Assembly: GCA_965248355.1 (NCBI GenBank)
Contig: OZ252098.1
Coordinates: 704,001-768,000 of the forward strand
Reading direction: 5' to 3'
DNA: 64,000 nucleotides
DNA from: Candidatus Latescibacterota bacterium
GTDB taxonomy: Bacteria > Latescibacterota > UBA2968 > UBA8231
Below are positions 48,087 through 58,271 of the stretch, in pieces. The translations under genes were made by a program, and so were the position numbers. The number at the start of each line of letters is the position of its first letter. Within the stretch, counting starts at the first letter, position 1. The notes under the pieces were generated by a model, which saw nothing but the letters and a program-made list of their open reading frames with translations, had not been told where the DNA came from and did not search any database.

Positions 48087-49109
48087 TCAGAACCCGAGGA
48101 CCATGACCCAGAAGGGGGCCTCGCCCACCTCGCGCTCGTCGAACTGCGTCAGGCCGCCGGTGGCCGGATCGACGCGGAAGGAGCGCATGCGGCCGGCGAC
48201 CTCGCCGGCGCAGTAGCAGAACCGCCCCGTGGGATCGATGTTGAACGAGCGCGGGCTGGAGGGCACGGGGAAGTGGCCGAAGGGGCTCAGGCCGCCGTCG
48301 GCGGCGATCTCGAAGCCGGCGATGCTGTCCCCGGGACCGCGGTTGGAGGCGTAAGCCCAGCGGCCGTTGGGGTGGACCTCCACATGGGCGGTGTGGCTCA
48401 CCTCCGCGTAGCCCTCGGGCAGGGTGGAGACCTCCTGCACCGGCTCGAGGGTGCCGGCCTCGCCGTCGTAGCGGTGCACGGTGACCGTGTTGCCCTGCTC
48501 GTTGACGGTGTAGACGATCCCGGCGACCGGGCCGAAGCACATGTGCCGGGGGCCGGTGTACTCCCCGGCGGGGACCACCTCGGAGGGGTCGTTGGGGGTC
48601 AGCCGGCCCGTGGCGGCGTCGTAGCGGAACTGGGAGGTCTTGTTGTTGGGGCAGACGTGGGGGATGAAGACGAAGCGGTCGTCGTCGATGAGCACGGCGT
48701 GGGCCTTGGGCCCCGTGTCGACGTACTCCACCTGCTCGCCGATGGAGCCGTCTCCGGCGATGCGGTGCACGGTGACGCCGCCGCCGGTGTAGTAGCTGGC
48801 GATCAGGTGGCGCCCGGCCCCGTCGGTGACCGCCAGGGCCGGCGTGGCCAGGCCCGTGTCGACGGAGTTGACGTGGTCCAGGGCGCCGGTGGCGGTGTCG
48901 AGGCGGTAGCTGGACAACTCCGTGGACTGCACGTGGGCGCCGTAGACCATGTTCGTGGGCCGGTGCAGGTGCAGGGAGCCGATGGGGCCGTGGGCGTCGC
49001 TGACGGTTTGCAGCTCCAGGGCGCCGGTGGCCGGGTCCATCGACCAGGCCTGGATCTGCCGGTCGCCGGTGAGGGCGACGAAGACGAAGTAGCGGGATGC
49101 GTCCGCCAT
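48087..49109 (-). CDS. Lactonase family beta-propeller (6-phosphogluconolactonase-like)
   Basis: KAHA, GPRH..F, VNE, YASNRG, PRSFNIDPTG. Confidence 0.88.
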   Translation of the reverse strand: MADASRYFVFVALTGDRQIQAWSMDPATGALELQTVSDAHGPIGSLHLHRPTNMVYGAHVQSTELSSYRLDTATGALDHVNSVDTGLATPALAVTDGAGRHLIASYYTGGGVTVHRIAGDGSIGEQVEYVDTGPKAHAVLIDDDRFVFIPHVCPNNKTSQFRYDAATGRLTPNDPSEVVPAGEYTGPRHMCFGPVAGIVYTVNEQGNTVTVHRYDGEAGTLEPVQEVSTLPEGYAEVSHTAHVEVHPNGRWAYASNRGPGDSIAGFEIAADGGLSPFGHFPVPSSPRSFNIDPTGRFCYCAGEVAGRMRSFRVDPATGGLTQFDEREVGEAPFWVMVLGF

Positions 49110-49247
49110 GGGCTGGCCTTTCCGTGTTGGGTTTGCAGGTCGGGCACCAAACTACGACGACCCCGGAGGCGTCCGCCACGCGGGCCGGCGCCTCCGCCGG
49201 AATCCCCGAGCGAGCATGACGGACAGTGCCGCCCCGCTTCGCCCGGC

Positions 49248-49412
49248 GGGGATCTCATCGTCCTGCTCATCGAGGCGGGGGCCGACGTCGACGCCCAGGA
49301 CGCCAAGGGCCGCACGTCCCTGTTCCTCGCCTCCTCGGCGCCCGGACCTCGATCCGCAACCGCAAGGGGAAGACGCCCCTGGACGTGGCCGCCAAGGGAT
49401 GTCTCTATCTGA
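49248..49412 (+). pseudogene. Ankyrin-repeat gene remnant
   Basis: LLIEAGADVDAQDAKGRTSLFLA, then GARTSIRNRKGKTPLDVA in another frame. Confidence 0.6.
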
Positions 49413-49437
49413 AGGGGACACGGCGCATCAAGGCGAC

Positions 49438-49500
49438 ATAGCACATGCTATAAGATGATTGACAATTCACGCCACCATGGGGTACACTATGATGTAATCA
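49438..49500 (+). promoter_or_regulatory. Promoter and candidate operator of the defence operon
   Basis: Palindrome ATAGCA-CA-TGCTAT at 49438-49451; TTGACA (49459)-N18-TACACT; AGGAGG upstream of ATG 49529. Confidence 0.6.
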
Positions 49501-49528
49501 AATCTACCGCAGGAGGATAGCAGGCAGA

Positions 49529-52500
49529 ATGTCATCCGTTCTCTCGGACATGCTTCCCGGAGATTACCCCCGTAGGATCAAGAGCATCCGGGGCCTCCGC
49601 GGTCTGACGCAGGCGCAGTTCGCCGAACTCGTCGGCGTCTCCTTTGCCTCCGTCAACCGCTGGGAGAACGGACAGTCCCGCCCCAACAACCTGGCCTGGC
49701 GGCGCGTCGTCGAGTTGGAGAACCTGCCGGCAGACGGGGCGGACAAGCCCTCGGCCGACGAAGTACCCCAGTCCCCGAGCATGGACTTCTCAGCCGATCC
49801 CGAGGCGGTCTCCGCCGTCGCCGAGGCCCATCGCCTCGCCAGCGGCCACCTCTTCAACCCCGCCTTCGCCACCGAGACATCGCTGATCGACCCGCTCCCG
49901 CATCAGCGCATCGCCGTGTATCAGCGAATGCTCCAGCAGTCCCCCCTGCGATTCCTGCTGGCCGACGACGCCGGCGCCGGCAAGACCATCATGACCGGTC
50001 TGTACGTGCGCGAGATGCTGTCCCGCCGACTTCTGCGCCGCGTGCTCGTCGTGCCCCCGGCGGGCCTGGTCGGCAACTGGGAGCGGGAGATGCGCACCCT
50101 CTTCCGCCTGGCCTTCCGCATCGTGGGCGGGGCCGACGCGCGCGCCGGCAACCCCTTCCTCGGCCCCGAGAGCGACCTCGTCATCGTCAGCGTCGACACC
50201 CTGGCCGGGGAGCGCATGTTCGGCCACCTCAAGGATCCGCAGACCAACCCTTACGACCTCGTCGTCTTCGATGAGGCCCACAAGCTGTCCGCGGACCGCC
50301 AGCCCGACTTCCGGGTGCGCAAGACAGGCCGATACCGGCTGGCCGAGGCCCTGGCCTGCGCCCCGTCCGACGACAAGGACCGGTGGGAGCTGCCCTGGAC
50401 CGCGCAGCACCTGCTGCTGCTGACGGCCACTCCGCACATGGGCAAGGACCACCCCTACTACTACCTGTGGCGCCTGCTGCTGCCGGACGCCCTCTCCACC
50501 TTCGACGCCTTCGAGGAGTTCCCCCCGGACTCCCGGCAGCGGCACTTCATCCGCCGCACCAAGGAGGAGATGGTCCACTTCGACCGTCGGCCCCTCTACC
50601 CGCAGCGCAACTGCGACACCCTGAGCTACGAGTTGTCCCAGGGACCGGACGGCGAGCAGGAGCTGTACGACGAGACCACCGAGTACATGCGCTATCACTA
50701 CAACTGGGCCAAGGCGCTGAACCGTTCCGCCGCCCGCCTGGCCATGAGCGTCTTCCAGCGCCGCCTGGCCAGCTCCACCTATGCCCTCCTGCGCTCCTTC
50801 GAGCGCCGCCTCGAGAAGCTGGAGAGGCTCATCGACGACATCCGCAGCGGGCGCCTCACCGAGGAGCAGCTCGCGAGGCAGCAGCGACATCTGGGAAGGC
50901 TCGACGACTTCTTCGAGACGCGCACTCCCGACGAGGAGGCGGCCAGCGAGGACGGGGAACAGCACGAGGAGTTCGAATCCCGGGCCCTCGAAGGCACGGT
51001 GGCGGTCAACCTCGCGGAGCTGGAGGCGGAGCGTGTCAAGGTCGCCGGGTTGCTCGAGAAGGCCAAGAAGCTCTTTGACGCCGGCGAGGAGTCCAAGTTC
51101 GAGAAGCTGCGTGAGGTGCTCGCGGCGCCGCACTACCGCGACGAGAAGCTCATCATCTTCACCGAGCACCGGGATACGGCGGCATTCCTGGTCCGTCGCC
51201 TCGAAGGCCTCGGCTACACCGGCCGCGTCGCCCTGATCCACGGCGGCCTGGCCTACCCCGAGCGGGAGCGCCAGGTCGAGCTGTTCCGCCGGCCCGCCGA
51301 TCAGGGCGGGGCCAGCTATTTGGTGGCCACCGACGCCGCCGGCGAGGGGATCAACCTCCAGTTCTGCTGGCTCATGGTGAACTACGACATCCCCTGGAAC
51401 CCGGCCCGGCTGGAACAGCGCATGGGCCGCATCCACCGCTACGGCCAGAAGCACGATCCGGTGGTCATCGTCAACCTCGTGTCCGCCGGCACGCGCGAGG
51501 GCCGGGTGCTCAAGACGCTGCTCGACAAGCTCGAGGCGATCCGCCAACAGCTCAGCTCGGACAAGGTCTTCGACGTGGTGGGCCGTCTCTTCGAGGGGCT
51601 GTCCGTGCGGGACTACCTGGAGCAGGCGGTGACCGGTGAGGACGGCGGCCAGGCCGCAGCCAGTCAGATGGAAGGCCACCTCACCGAAGAGCAGGTCCTG
51701 GCCCTCGCGGCGAAAGAGCGCTCCCTCTACGGGGACGGCGGCGAGGTCCGCGGCCGGCTGGACGAACTCAACGAGGAGATGGAGCAGGAGAACTACCGCC
51801 GCCTGCTGCCCGGGTACGTGCGCCGTTTCGTCGAGAGATCAGCGCCGCTCCTCGACCTGCGCCTCGAAGGGGATCCGGGGGGCGCCTTCACCCTGGTCCC
51901 GGACCGGCCCCGCGCGGCCGATCCCCTGTTTCCGGCCCTCGAAGCCTACCCGGACGAGGCGAGGGAGCGGCTGACCGTGTACAAACCCGAGAGCCGCGAA
52001 GAAGCGATCTGGCTGCACCCCGGCGAGCCGGTCTTCGACAGCCTCTCGGCCTCGGTCCGGGAGCGTCTCGGGGCCGAAGGGCTTCGCGGCGCCGTGTTCA
52101 GCGACCCTTATGCCAGCGACGCGTACCTCTTCCACATCGCCCGGGTCAGCGTCCAGCAGCATCCTCCCGGGGATGGTCGCGCAGGGGATGGGCGCGGGGA
52201 GCCTGAAGGGGCCCCGCAACTGGTGGAGTCGCGCCTCGTCGGGCTGCGCCAGACCAGCGACGGCGCCGTGCAGGAGTGCCCCGTCGAGCACCTGCTCCTG
52301 CTGCGCGGAGCCGGCGGCATCGCCCCCGGCGGGGTGCCCCTGGCCACCCTGGCCCGCGGCATGGCCGGAGAGGCGGAAGATTTCCTCGAGGAGGAGGTGA
52401 ACGAGCAGATCGTGCAGACGCACCGCCAGCGCCGCTTGGACGATCTGCCCAGGCGCCTGGAGTTCGTCAACCGAGGCTTCGACTATCAGGCCGCGGAGCT

Positions 52501-53125
52501 GGCCGCCGCCCGGTCCAGTCTCAGGGAGAAGGCAGGTGCCGGGGACCGCCAGGCCGCCGAAGAGCTGGCCAAGGTCAGGGAACGGCAGCGAAGCCTCAAC
52601 GCCCAGCGCGCCCGCAGGCTCGCCGAGCTACGGGCCGAGGCGGACCTCATCCGGGCCGGGGAGGCCGAGTTCCTCGTGCACGCCCTGGTGGTGCCGGCCC
52701 AGGACGCCGGGGAGGTGGAGCGCTACGACGCCGATGTCGAGGCCATCGCCATGGCCGTGGCCGCCGGCTTCGAGGAAAGCCGGGGTGCCGAGGTGCGGGA
52801 CGTTTCCAAGCCCGAGCTGGCGAGGCGAGCCGGACTGCCTGACTGGCCGGGCTTCGACCTCCTGTCCCGGCGCGAGGGCATGGAACCGAGAGCCATAGAA
52901 GTCAAGGGACGGGCGGACACCGGCGGCGTAGAGTTGAGGGAGAACGAATGGGCCAAGGCCTGCAACCTGAGAGAGAGGTACTGGCTCTACGTCGTTTTCG
53001 ACTGCGCCACGCCCCGCCCCCGACTGGTGCGGGTGCGGGACCCCTTCGCCAAGCTGCTCGTTGGGGAACGAGAGTCCCGTGTCTTCGCCATCACGGCGGG
53101 GGCGGTAATGGCGGCGTCGGAATAG
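49529..53125 (+). CDS. XRE-HTH, SNF2 helicase and DUF3883 (PD-(D/E)xK-like) nuclease fusion
   Basis: LTQAQFAELVGVSFASVNRWENG; PLPHQ, LADDAGAGKT, DEAH, LLTATPH, GEGINLQ, EQRMGRIHRYGQ; GFDLLS...IEVKG...ENEW. Confidence 0.92.
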   Translation: MSSVLSDMLPGDYPRRIKSIRGLRGLTQAQFAELVGVSFASVNRWENGQSRPNNLAWRRVVELENLPADGADKPSADEVPQSPSMDFSADPEAVSAVAEAHRLASGHLFNPAFATETSLIDPLPHQRIAVYQRMLQQSPLRFLLADDAGAGKTIMTGLYVREMLSRRLLRRVLVVPPAGLVGNWEREMRTLFRLAFRIVGGADARAGNPFLGPESDLVIVSVDTLAGERMFGHLKDPQTNPYDLVVFDEAHKLSADRQPDFRVRKTGRYRLAEALACAPSDDKDRWELPWTAQHLLLLTATPHMGKDHPYYYLWRLLLPDALSTFDAFEEFPPDSRQRHFIRRTKEEMVHFDRRPLYPQRNCDTLSYELSQGPDGEQELYDETTEYMRYHYNWAKALNRSAARLAMSVFQRRLASSTYALLRSFERRLEKLERLIDDIRSGRLTEEQLARQQRHLGRLDDFFETRTPDEEAASEDGEQHEEFESRALEGTVAVNLAELEAERVKVAGLLEKAKKLFDAGEESKFEKLREVLAAPHYRDEKLIIFTEHRDTAAFLVRRLEGLGYTGRVALIHGGLAYPERERQVELFRRPADQGGASYLVATDAAGEGINLQFCWLMVNYDIPWNPARLEQRMGRIHRYGQKHDPVVIVNLVSAGTREGRVLKTLLDKLEAIRQQLSSDKVFDVVGRLFEGLSVRDYLEQAVTGEDGGQAAASQMEGHLTEEQVLALAAKERSLYGDGGEVRGRLDELNEEMEQENYRRLLPGYVRRFVERSAPLLDLRLEGDPGGAFTLVPDRPRAADPLFPALEAYPDEARERLTVYKPESREEAIWLHPGEPVFDSLSASVRERLGAEGLRGAVFSDPYASDAYLFHIARVSVQQHPPGDGRAGDGRGEPEGAPQLVESRLVGLRQTSDGAVQECPVEHLLLLRGAGGIAPGGVPLATLARGMAGEAEDFLEEEVNEQIVQTHRQRRLDDLPRRLEFVNRGFDYQAAELAAARSSLREKAGAGDRQAAEELAKVRERQRSLNAQRARRLAELRAEADLIRAGEAEFLVHALVVPAQDAGEVERYDADVEAIAMAVAAGFEESRGAEVRDVSKPELARRAGLPDWPGFDLLSRREGMEPRAIEVKGRADTGGVELRENEWAKACNLRERYWLYVVFDCATPRPRLVRVRDPFAKLLVGERESRVFAITAGAVMAASE

Positions 53126-53165
53126 CGCAGGCCAACCTCCTGGACCACTCGATGGAGAGCCCACC

Positions 53166-54476
53166 ATGCTGAAACGAATCCATATCCAAGGATACAAGTC
53201 TCTCGAGGACGTCGAAGTAAGCCTGTGCCCGCTCGTGGTTCTGTTCGGGCCAAACGCCGCCGGCAAGAGCAATTTGCTCGATGCCCTGCAACTGCTGTCG
53301 AAGCTGGGGACGAGCCGTACCCTGAAGGAAGCTTTCGATCCACCCTATCGCGGCAAGCCCCTCGAATCCTTCACCATCGGGAGCAAGGGAATCAAGGGCC
53401 TGCTCGAGCAGGACAGGCTTTCTTTTTCGATCGAGGCCGACTTGAGCCTCTCGGATGCGGTCGTCGAGGCTGTCAACCGACAAATACGAGAGATGCGCCG
53501 TCCACACGGGGAGGTCGGGTCTGAAGGGGAAGTCAAGGCTCCTACTCGAGTCCGCGAGCGGGAACTCCGCTATCGGATCGAAGTGGAGATGCTGCCCAGA
53601 TCCGGCATTCTGCGGGTAGCGGATGAATACCTGGCCGCCTTGAACAGCAAGGGTGAACCCACGGGAAAACGCAAACCCTTCTTTGAGCGGCAGGGAGAGA
53701 GGATCCATCTTCGGCATGAGGGCCAGGCGCATCCGACCTATTTCGACCGTTCCCTCGACCACAGCATCCTCTCCATGCCGCACTATCCGCCGCACTATCC
53801 GCATCTGGTGGCGGCTCGTCACGAGCTGGAGAGTTGGCTGTTCTTCTACTTCGAGCCCCGCGAACGCATGCGCGCCTCGAACCCGGTCAAGGAGGTTCGC
53901 CATATCGGCATGATGGGCGAAGAATTGGCGGCCTTCCTCAATACCATGAAGGCAACCGATGCCCGGAGGTTCAGGGGAGTCGAGAAGGCTCTGCATACCC
54001 TGATGCCGAACATCGATGGAATCGAGGTCGAGGTAAGTGATCTCGGCGAGGTTGAGATCCGTCTCAAGGAGGGTGGGGTGGCCATTCCCGCCCGTGTGCT
54101 CTCCGAAGGCACTCTGAGGATGCTTGGCCTCCTCGCTCTTACAGGGGTAGACGAAGGTCCGGCCCTGCTGGGGTTCGAGGAGCCGGAGAACGGAGTCCAC
54201 CCGCGGCGAATTGAGTTGATCGCCGAGTTGCTGAGGACCCAGGAGAGCCTGAACCAGATCCAGCATATCATCACCACACACTCCCCGATCCTGCCTGATC
54301 TGCTGGACGACGAGTCGCTGTTCGCCGTTCGCCGGCTGAACGGCCAGACTCACATAGATCCGTTTTCGACCTGGGGCCCGCTGAAGCGAAAGCAGGACAT
54401 CCGCCAAGCCTTCGCCGATGAGGAAGAGCGCCTGCCGGTTTCGGCGCGCATAATGAGAGGCGACTTCGATGCGTGA
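53166..54476 (+). CDS. ABC-type (AAA_21/AAA_15) ATPase no. 1
   Basis: GPNAAGKSN, LSEGT, FEEPENGVHP, TTHSP. Confidence 0.9.
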   Translation: MLKRIHIQGYKSLEDVEVSLCPLVVLFGPNAAGKSNLLDALQLLSKLGTSRTLKEAFDPPYRGKPLESFTIGSKGIKGLLEQDRLSFSIEADLSLSDAVVEAVNRQIREMRRPHGEVGSEGEVKAPTRVRERELRYRIEVEMLPRSGILRVADEYLAALNSKGEPTGKRKPFFERQGERIHLRHEGQAHPTYFDRSLDHSILSMPHYPPHYPHLVAARHELESWLFFYFEPRERMRASNPVKEVRHIGMMGEELAAFLNTMKATDARRFRGVEKALHTLMPNIDGIEVEVSDLGEVEIRLKEGGVAIPARVLSEGTLRMLGLLALTGVDEGPALLGFEEPENGVHPRRIELIAELLRTQESLNQIQHIITTHSPILPDLLDDESLFAVRRLNGQTHIDPFSTWGPLKRKQDIRQAFADEEERLPVSARIMRGDFDA

Positions 54477-55050
54477 GGTCGCCCTCTTCGTCGAGGACTA
54501 CGCACATCGGCAGGTCATCGGCGCTTTGGTTGAAAGGATAGCGGGGGACTGCTGTATCGGTGTACGACTCGATTGGAGGAATGCGGTAGGAGGCCACGGC
54601 AAAGTCGTCACGGAGCTTGAAGATTACATGCGAAACCTGTTGGCACAAGGCGGCCCCTTTCCCGATCTGGTAGTCGTTGCTACCGACGCGAACTGCAGGG
54701 GGTTGAACGATCGGCTTCAAGAGATCGGAGCGTGGGATATCCCAGCGCCCGTGATCCTGGCCGTACCCGATCCGCACATCGAACGCTGGCTGCTGCTCGA
54801 TGGAGCAGCCTTCAAGGCAGTCTTCGGCAAGGGGTGTGACGCCCCCGACCAGAAGTGCGACCGGAGGCGGTACAAGGAGCAGCTGATCAAGGCCATCCAT
54901 GCCACCGGAACCGTACCCCGGCTCGGAGGCATGGAATACGCCGAGGACATTGTGCAGGAGATGGATATCGAGCGCGTCGCCCAGCTGGACAGGTCCTTCA
55001 GGCGTTTCGTCACGGCTTTGCGAAACAGGTTCGGAGGCTGGCAATCATGA
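54469..55050 (+). CDS. TOPRIM-like partner protein (DUF4276/RloB-like) no. 1
   Basis: FVED, ATDAN, HIERWLLLD; overlaps the ATPase stop. Confidence 0.65.
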   Translation: MREVALFVEDYAHRQVIGALVERIAGDCCIGVRLDWRNAVGGHGKVVTELEDYMRNLLAQGGPFPDLVVVATDANCRGLNDRLQEIGAWDIPAPVILAVPDPHIERWLLLDGAAFKAVFGKGCDAPDQKCDRRRYKEQLIKAIHATGTVPRLGGMEYAEDIVQEMDIERVAQLDRSFRRFVTALRNRFGGWQS

Positions 55051-58000
55051 TTTCCGAGGACAAACGCCTCATCGAAGTCGCCTTCCCTCTGAAGCAGGTC
55101 TCCCTCGACTCCGTGCACGAGAAGAACGTGCGCCATGGCCACATCTCCACGCTGCATATCTGGCCCGCGCGCAGGCCGCTGGCGGCCTGCCGGGCGGCCC
55201 TGATCGCCACGCTGCTGCCCGACCCGGGCAATCCCGAGGAGCGCAAGGCGATTCTTGAACGCATGGCCGGGCGGATCATCGGGAGGCCCGAGCGCAAGCG
55301 CGTGAACGGCCGCGTGGTCGAGCGGGTCAAGGAGGAGACGGAGGGCGGTATCCTCCACTGGGGCCGGGAGAGAGAGCCGGATCTGGAATGGTTCCGTGCC
55401 GAGATCCGCAAAGCCTACGGCGGCAGGGCGCCCAAGGTGCTCGACCCCTTTGCGGGCGGCGGCGCGATTCCCCTCGAAGCGATGCGCCTGGGGTGCGAGG
55501 TGACGGCCATGGACATCAACCCGGTGTCCTGGTTCATCCTCAAGTGCACCCTGGAGTACCCCCAGAGGCTGGCCGGCCAGACCCGGCCGCTGCCCGGGTT
55601 CGCGCTGCAGGACCGGGAATTCATGCAGGCCTTCCTGAAGGCCAAGGGCTTCAAGGGCACCCGGCTGCGGAGTCTGCTGGATCGCCTTGGACACGGCGAC
55701 GGCAGCGACGTGCAGCTCGACGCTCTTCCCAGTGGGGACCGAATTGCCGATGCGGATCTCGCCTGGCACGTGCGCGCCTGGGGCCGGTGGGTGCTGGCGA
55801 GGGCGCGCAAGGAGCTGGCCTCCTGCTACCCGACCTATGCCGAGTTCGAGGCGCTGAAGCCGGGCGGGGACTTCGAGCCCCGGCGCATGCGGCTGCTGGA
55901 GGTCGACGACGCGGGCGCGCCCCAGGTCGATCCCCTCAACGCCGAATTCGACGAGGACTATCTGAAGAACCAGCACAACCCGCGCTGGGTCGCCAAGCTG
56001 GCGGTGGCCTATCTCTGGGCGCGGACCGTGGCCTGCAAGCAGTGCCGGGCCGAACTGCCCCTGTTGAAGACCCGCTGGCTGTGCAGGAAGGACCGCAAGC
56101 GGGTGCTGCTGACCATGGAGCCGAAGGCCGACCGGAGCGGCGTGGTCTTCGGCGTGCAGAGCGATGTGCCGCAGAACGGAGGCAACGGGGCGCAACGGCG
56201 GGAGCACGACCGGAGCCTTGGCGCGGGTACCATGTCGCGTACGGGTGCGGCCTGCCCTTGCTGCGCCGCCATCGCGACCATGGAGGACATCCGCTTGGAG
56301 GGTCGGGCGGGACGGTTGGGTGCGGTGATGACGGCCGTGGTCGTGGACGGACAGAATGGGAAGGAATACCGCCTGCCTAGGGACCATGAGCGGGCGGTGG
56401 CGGAGGTGACCGAGGAACGGCTGCAGGCGCTCTATGCGGAGATACCGTTCGGGTTGCCGGAGGAGCCTTTGCCACGCAGAGGAGCTCTGGGGTTCCGTGT
56501 TCCGTTGTATGGCTTCGACACGTGGCGGAAGCTGTTTACGAACCGGCAGCTGCTGGCCCTTGGGGAATTCGTTCGGAGCCTTCGAAGCCTGATGAAGGAA
56601 CTCGACGACTGGCCTGAGGATTGGCGCGAGGCCGTGATCGCGAATCTCGCGCTCGTCAACGACCGGCTAGCTGACTACTCCAGTTCGATCTGTTCCTGGA
56701 TCAATGGCGGCGAGATTCTTGGACACACCTTTGCACGCTTTGCACTTCCGATCATCTGGGACTACGCCGAGGTAAATCCGCTATCCAATTCATCTGGCAA
56801 CTTCATCGGGGCAGTTGAATGGGTTTCACGTTTCGGCGTACATGTTCAGGGAGCCGTTCAATCAGCGGAGGCGGCACGGGTACGGGGCCTCAGTGCAACA
56901 GAGGTGTCGGGCAAGTACGATGTGATCCTCACGGATCCGCCGTACTACGACGCCATCCCCTACTCCGATCTGATGGACTTCTTCCATGTGTGGATACGAA
57001 GGGCCACACAAGGCCTTCGCCACGAGTTGGACGTTGCCTTTCGCGACCCTCTGGGCCCCAAGTGGGACCACGCGAGCGGCGACGGGGAGCTCATAGACGA
57101 CGCTGGCAGATTCGGCGGCGACAAGGAGCGCTCCAAGCAGAACTACGAAGACGGCATGGCTCGCTCGTTCCGCTCGTGTAATGCTGCCTTGCGGCCGGAC
57201 GGGCGGCTCGTGGTCGTGTTTGCGAACAAGAATCCCGACGCTTGGGAGACTCTGGTCGCAGCGCTGATTCGGGCTGGCTTCGTCGTCAACGGCTCCTGGC
57301 CTATCCAGACAGAGAGAACTGCCAGGACTCGATCGATGGCTTCGGCTGCTCTCGCCTCTTCCGTATGGATCGTCTGCAAGAAGCGGTCCGCCTCCCGCCC
57401 CGGCTGGGACAACAAGGTCCTCGACGAAATGCGCGAGAACATCACCCGGCAGCTCCACGACTTCTGGGACGCCGGCATCCGCGGCCCCGACTTCGTGTGG
57501 GCCGCTACCGGACCGGCCCTCGAAGCCTTCAGCAAGTATCCCGTGGTCAAGAAGGCGAATTCCCCGGGCGAGCAGATGTCCGTTTCCGAGTTCCTGCGTC
57601 ACGTGCGCCGCATGGTCGTCGATTTCGTGGTCGGGCGAGTTCTGATCCCGGACGACGCCGCACCGACGGCGGATGGGCAGGAGGCTGAGACCGGCCTCGA
57701 CGACGTCACCACCTACTACCTGCTCCACCGCAATGACTTCGGCATGGGGGAGGCACCGGTCGGCGGCTGCATCCTCTACGCCCTGTCCTGCAACCTCTCC
57801 GACTCCGCCCTGGTCAACCAGCACGACCTCCTGACCCAGGCGGGCAAGCGGGGAGCCGTGGACGAAGACGATGAGGAGGAGGACGCGCCCGAAGAGGCCG
57901 AGGAGACGGGCGGCGGCGCCAAGGTGAAGTTGAAGCCTTGGCAGCGGAGGAAGGGCCGCAACCTCGGCTTGGAGGGGCAGGGGGGACGGCCAGCGCCCCT

Positions 58001-58271
58001 CATCGACCAGGTGCACAAGCTCATGCATCTCTGGCGCGCCGGGGACCAGGTGAAGGTGAACGAATACCTCGACACCCGCGGCCTGCCCCGCAGTGCCCTG
58101 TTCAACCAGATCCTCCAGGCGCTCATCGAGCTGGCCGCCGAAGGCTCGGAGGAGCGCTCGCTCCTGGAGTCGGTGAGCAACCACGCGGCCGGCCGCGGGG
58201 GAGTGCAGGCACGGAGGCAGAGGCAGTTTCAGTTCGAAAGAGCTGAGCCCGGACCGGAGGAAATCCGATGA
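55047..58271 (+). CDS. DUF1156-domain adenine DNA methyltransferase
   Basis: HISTLHIWPARRPLAACRA, LDPFAGGGAIPLEA (motif I), CKQC/CPCC Zn ribbon, TDPPYYD (motif IV). Confidence 0.93.
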   Translation: MISEDKRLIEVAFPLKQVSLDSVHEKNVRHGHISTLHIWPARRPLAACRAALIATLLPDPGNPEERKAILERMAGRIIGRPERKRVNGRVVERVKEETEGGILHWGREREPDLEWFRAEIRKAYGGRAPKVLDPFAGGGAIPLEAMRLGCEVTAMDINPVSWFILKCTLEYPQRLAGQTRPLPGFALQDREFMQAFLKAKGFKGTRLRSLLDRLGHGDGSDVQLDALPSGDRIADADLAWHVRAWGRWVLARARKELASCYPTYAEFEALKPGGDFEPRRMRLLEVDDAGAPQVDPLNAEFDEDYLKNQHNPRWVAKLAVAYLWARTVACKQCRAELPLLKTRWLCRKDRKRVLLTMEPKADRSGVVFGVQSDVPQNGGNGAQRREHDRSLGAGTMSRTGAACPCCAAIATMEDIRLEGRAGRLGAVMTAVVVDGQNGKEYRLPRDHERAVAEVTEERLQALYAEIPFGLPEEPLPRRGALGFRVPLYGFDTWRKLFTNRQLLALGEFVRSLRSLMKELDDWPEDWREAVIANLALVNDRLADYSSSICSWINGGEILGHTFARFALPIIWDYAEVNPLSNSSGNFIGAVEWVSRFGVHVQGAVQSAEAARVRGLSATEVSGKYDVILTDPPYYDAIPYSDLMDFFHVWIRRATQGLRHELDVAFRDPLGPKWDHASGDGELIDDAGRFGGDKERSKQNYEDGMARSFRSCNAALRPDGRLVVVFANKNPDAWETLVAALIRAGFVVNGSWPIQTERTARTRSMASAALASSVWIVCKKRSASRPGWDNKVLDEMRENITRQLHDFWDAGIRGPDFVWAATGPALEAFSKYPVVKKANSPGEQMSVSEFLRHVRRMVVDFVVGRVLIPDDAAPTADGQEAETGLDDVTTYYLLHRNDFGMGEAPVGGCILYALSCNLSDSALVNQHDLLTQAGKRGAVDEDDEEEDAPEEAEETGGGAKVKLKPWQRRKGRNLGLEGQGGRPAPLIDQVHKLMHLWRAGDQVKVNEYLDTRGLPRSALFNQILQALIELAAEGSEERSLLESVSNHAAGRGGVQARRQRQFQFERAEPGPEEIR

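Noticed and set aside
53778..53803. Short tandem repeat CCGCACTATCCG encoding PHYPPHYPH
   Set aside because: In frame, only two copies, with no sign of phase variation.
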